From: Stegostoma tigrinum
Lineage: Eukaryota
Assembly: GCF_030684315.1 (NCBI RefSeq)
Contig: NC_081370.1
Coordinates: 28,213,078 to 28,277,077, forward strand
Length of the DNA stretch: 64,000 nt
Direction of reading: 5' to 3'
Part shown: one piece after another, positions 62,610-64,000 of the stretch
Numbering within the stretch: position 1 is the stretch's first letter
Layout: the number at the start of each line of letters is the position of its first letter
Program-made: the position numbers and the translations under genes
Notes under the pieces: model-generated
Told to the model about the DNA's origin: nothing
What the model saw: the letters and a program-made list of their open reading frames with translations, nothing else
The model's database searches: none

Positions 62610-63690
62610 GTCACCAGGTAAATAAGGTGCCCATGATATTAGGGGCAAGAAACTGACAATCAACAATGCATTGGCTGACTGCCAGGAGGTGGCGAGTAGG
62701 GATAAAGCAGTCCGTTTTATGACGGTAGTCAGTGACTAGTAAAGTTCTGCAGGAGATGGTGTTGGGACCATAACTATTCATATCCTGCATTAAACATCTG
62801 GATGAGGAACGGAGGGCAATTATTGCCAAGTTTTCAGGTATCACAAAGATGGGTAGGTGGATATGTAGTGTTGAGCAAGTGGAGAAGATGCAGAGGACTT
62901 GGACAGACTAGGAGAGCGGGCAAAGAAGTGGCAAATGGAATAAAATATGGGAAAAGTGTGATGTTTGCACTTTGGTAGGAAGAATAGAGGCATAGACTAT
63001 ATTCTAAATGGACGAAAGCTTCAGAAATCTGAAGCACAAAGGGATTTGGGAATCCTAGTTCAGGATTCTCTGAAGGTTAACATGCAGGTCCAGTTGGCAG
63101 TTACGAAGGCAAATGCAATGTCATCTTGAGAGGGTTAGAATACAAGAGCACAGATGTACTGCTGAAAAATTTGGGCCTGAATCTAGGAAGGATGTGCTGG
63201 CCTTGGAGGGGATCCAATTGAGGTTTACAAGAATGATCCCAGCACTTGTCAAATGAGGATTGTCATATGTTGAGGATTCTGGGTCTGTACTCATTGGAAT
63301 TTAGAAGGATGAGGGGGATCTCATTGAAAGTTACTGAATACTGAGAGGCCTGGACGTAGTGGATTGGAGAAGATGCTTCCACTAGGAGGAGAGACTCGAA
63401 CCTGAAGGCACAGCCTCTGAATGAAGGGATGACCCTTTAGACCTGAGGTGAGGAGGAATTTCCTCCGCCAAAAAGTGGTGAATCTGTGGATCTTATAACT
63501 GCAGAAGACTGTGGAGGCCAAGTCAGAGTGTATTTAAGGCAAAGATAGTTTTTTTGATTAGTAAGGGGATAAAAGGTTATGGGAAGAAGGCAGAAGAATG
63601 GGGTTGAGAAATGTACTAGCCATGATCAAATGATGGAGCTACTCAATGGGCTGGATGACCTAATTCTGCTCCTACAGCTTATGGTCTCAT
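62610..63690 (+). mobile_element. CR1/HER1-type LINE 3' fragment
   Basis: Degenerate RT end, GAGGAGGAATTTC..GTGGTGAATCTGTGG and 3' UTR ..CCTAATTCTGCTCCTA. Confidence 0.85.
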
Positions 63691-64000
63691 GGTATCTGTT
63701 CTGACTTTCATGTCAAGAATTCTTGACATCTAGCTTGACAAATGCTCTTAACAAGGCTGGGAAATATTAGTGAGTCCTGTGGTGTTGACTTACACTTAAC
63801 AAGCAAGAGTATCCCTTAATTGGCAACTCCCCCCTGACATATTGAGAAACTTTCCTGGTCACTCTACAGATGTATAAAAGATGCAGTGAGATGCTTGCAG
63901 CATTGAAATAGGCCTTCTGGATTGTGCTGAATTTTTCACCACAGCACATTTTATTCAGTCTCCAGTAAAATTCTGCCTGAGGTCTATGAAAATCCCAGGT

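Noticed and set aside
61100-62610. GC-richer block with several short ORFs, possibly a DNA-transposon remnant
   Set aside because: No transposase motif or terminal repeats could be identified by eye.

Overview
AT-rich vertebrate genomic DNA. The repeat content (HE1-type tRNA SINEs, CR1/HER1 LINEs, several Penelope-like families) points to a shark, by inference. Two intron-containing genes lie tail-to-tail. One is a C11orf16 homolog on + (10 coding exons, 7853-29264, about 848 aa: vWA domain, DUF4537 and a coiled-coil tail). The other is AKIP1 on - (4 coding exons, 42592-33685, about 161 aa). CpG-richer promoter-like zones lie at about 7.2-7.9 kb, 44.1-45.0 kb and 51.7-53.5 kb; the last two may belong to DENND2B/ST5, by synteny only. 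The most striking structure is a young Neptune-type Penelope-like retroelement (RT + GIY-YIG) family with 11 copies. These range from about 80-bp solo ends and about 200-bp hairpins to a 3.1-kb fold-back with an uninterrupted 735-codon RT-endonuclease frame. Most copies share a one-sided 35-40-nt tail, 12-15-bp target-site duplications and a minimal hammerhead-ribozyme motif, and many short copies start or turn around at that motif. Three older Penelope-like families show similar hammerhead and/or fold-back signatures. All calls were made by eye; old-repeat boundaries are approximate and no database searches were run.
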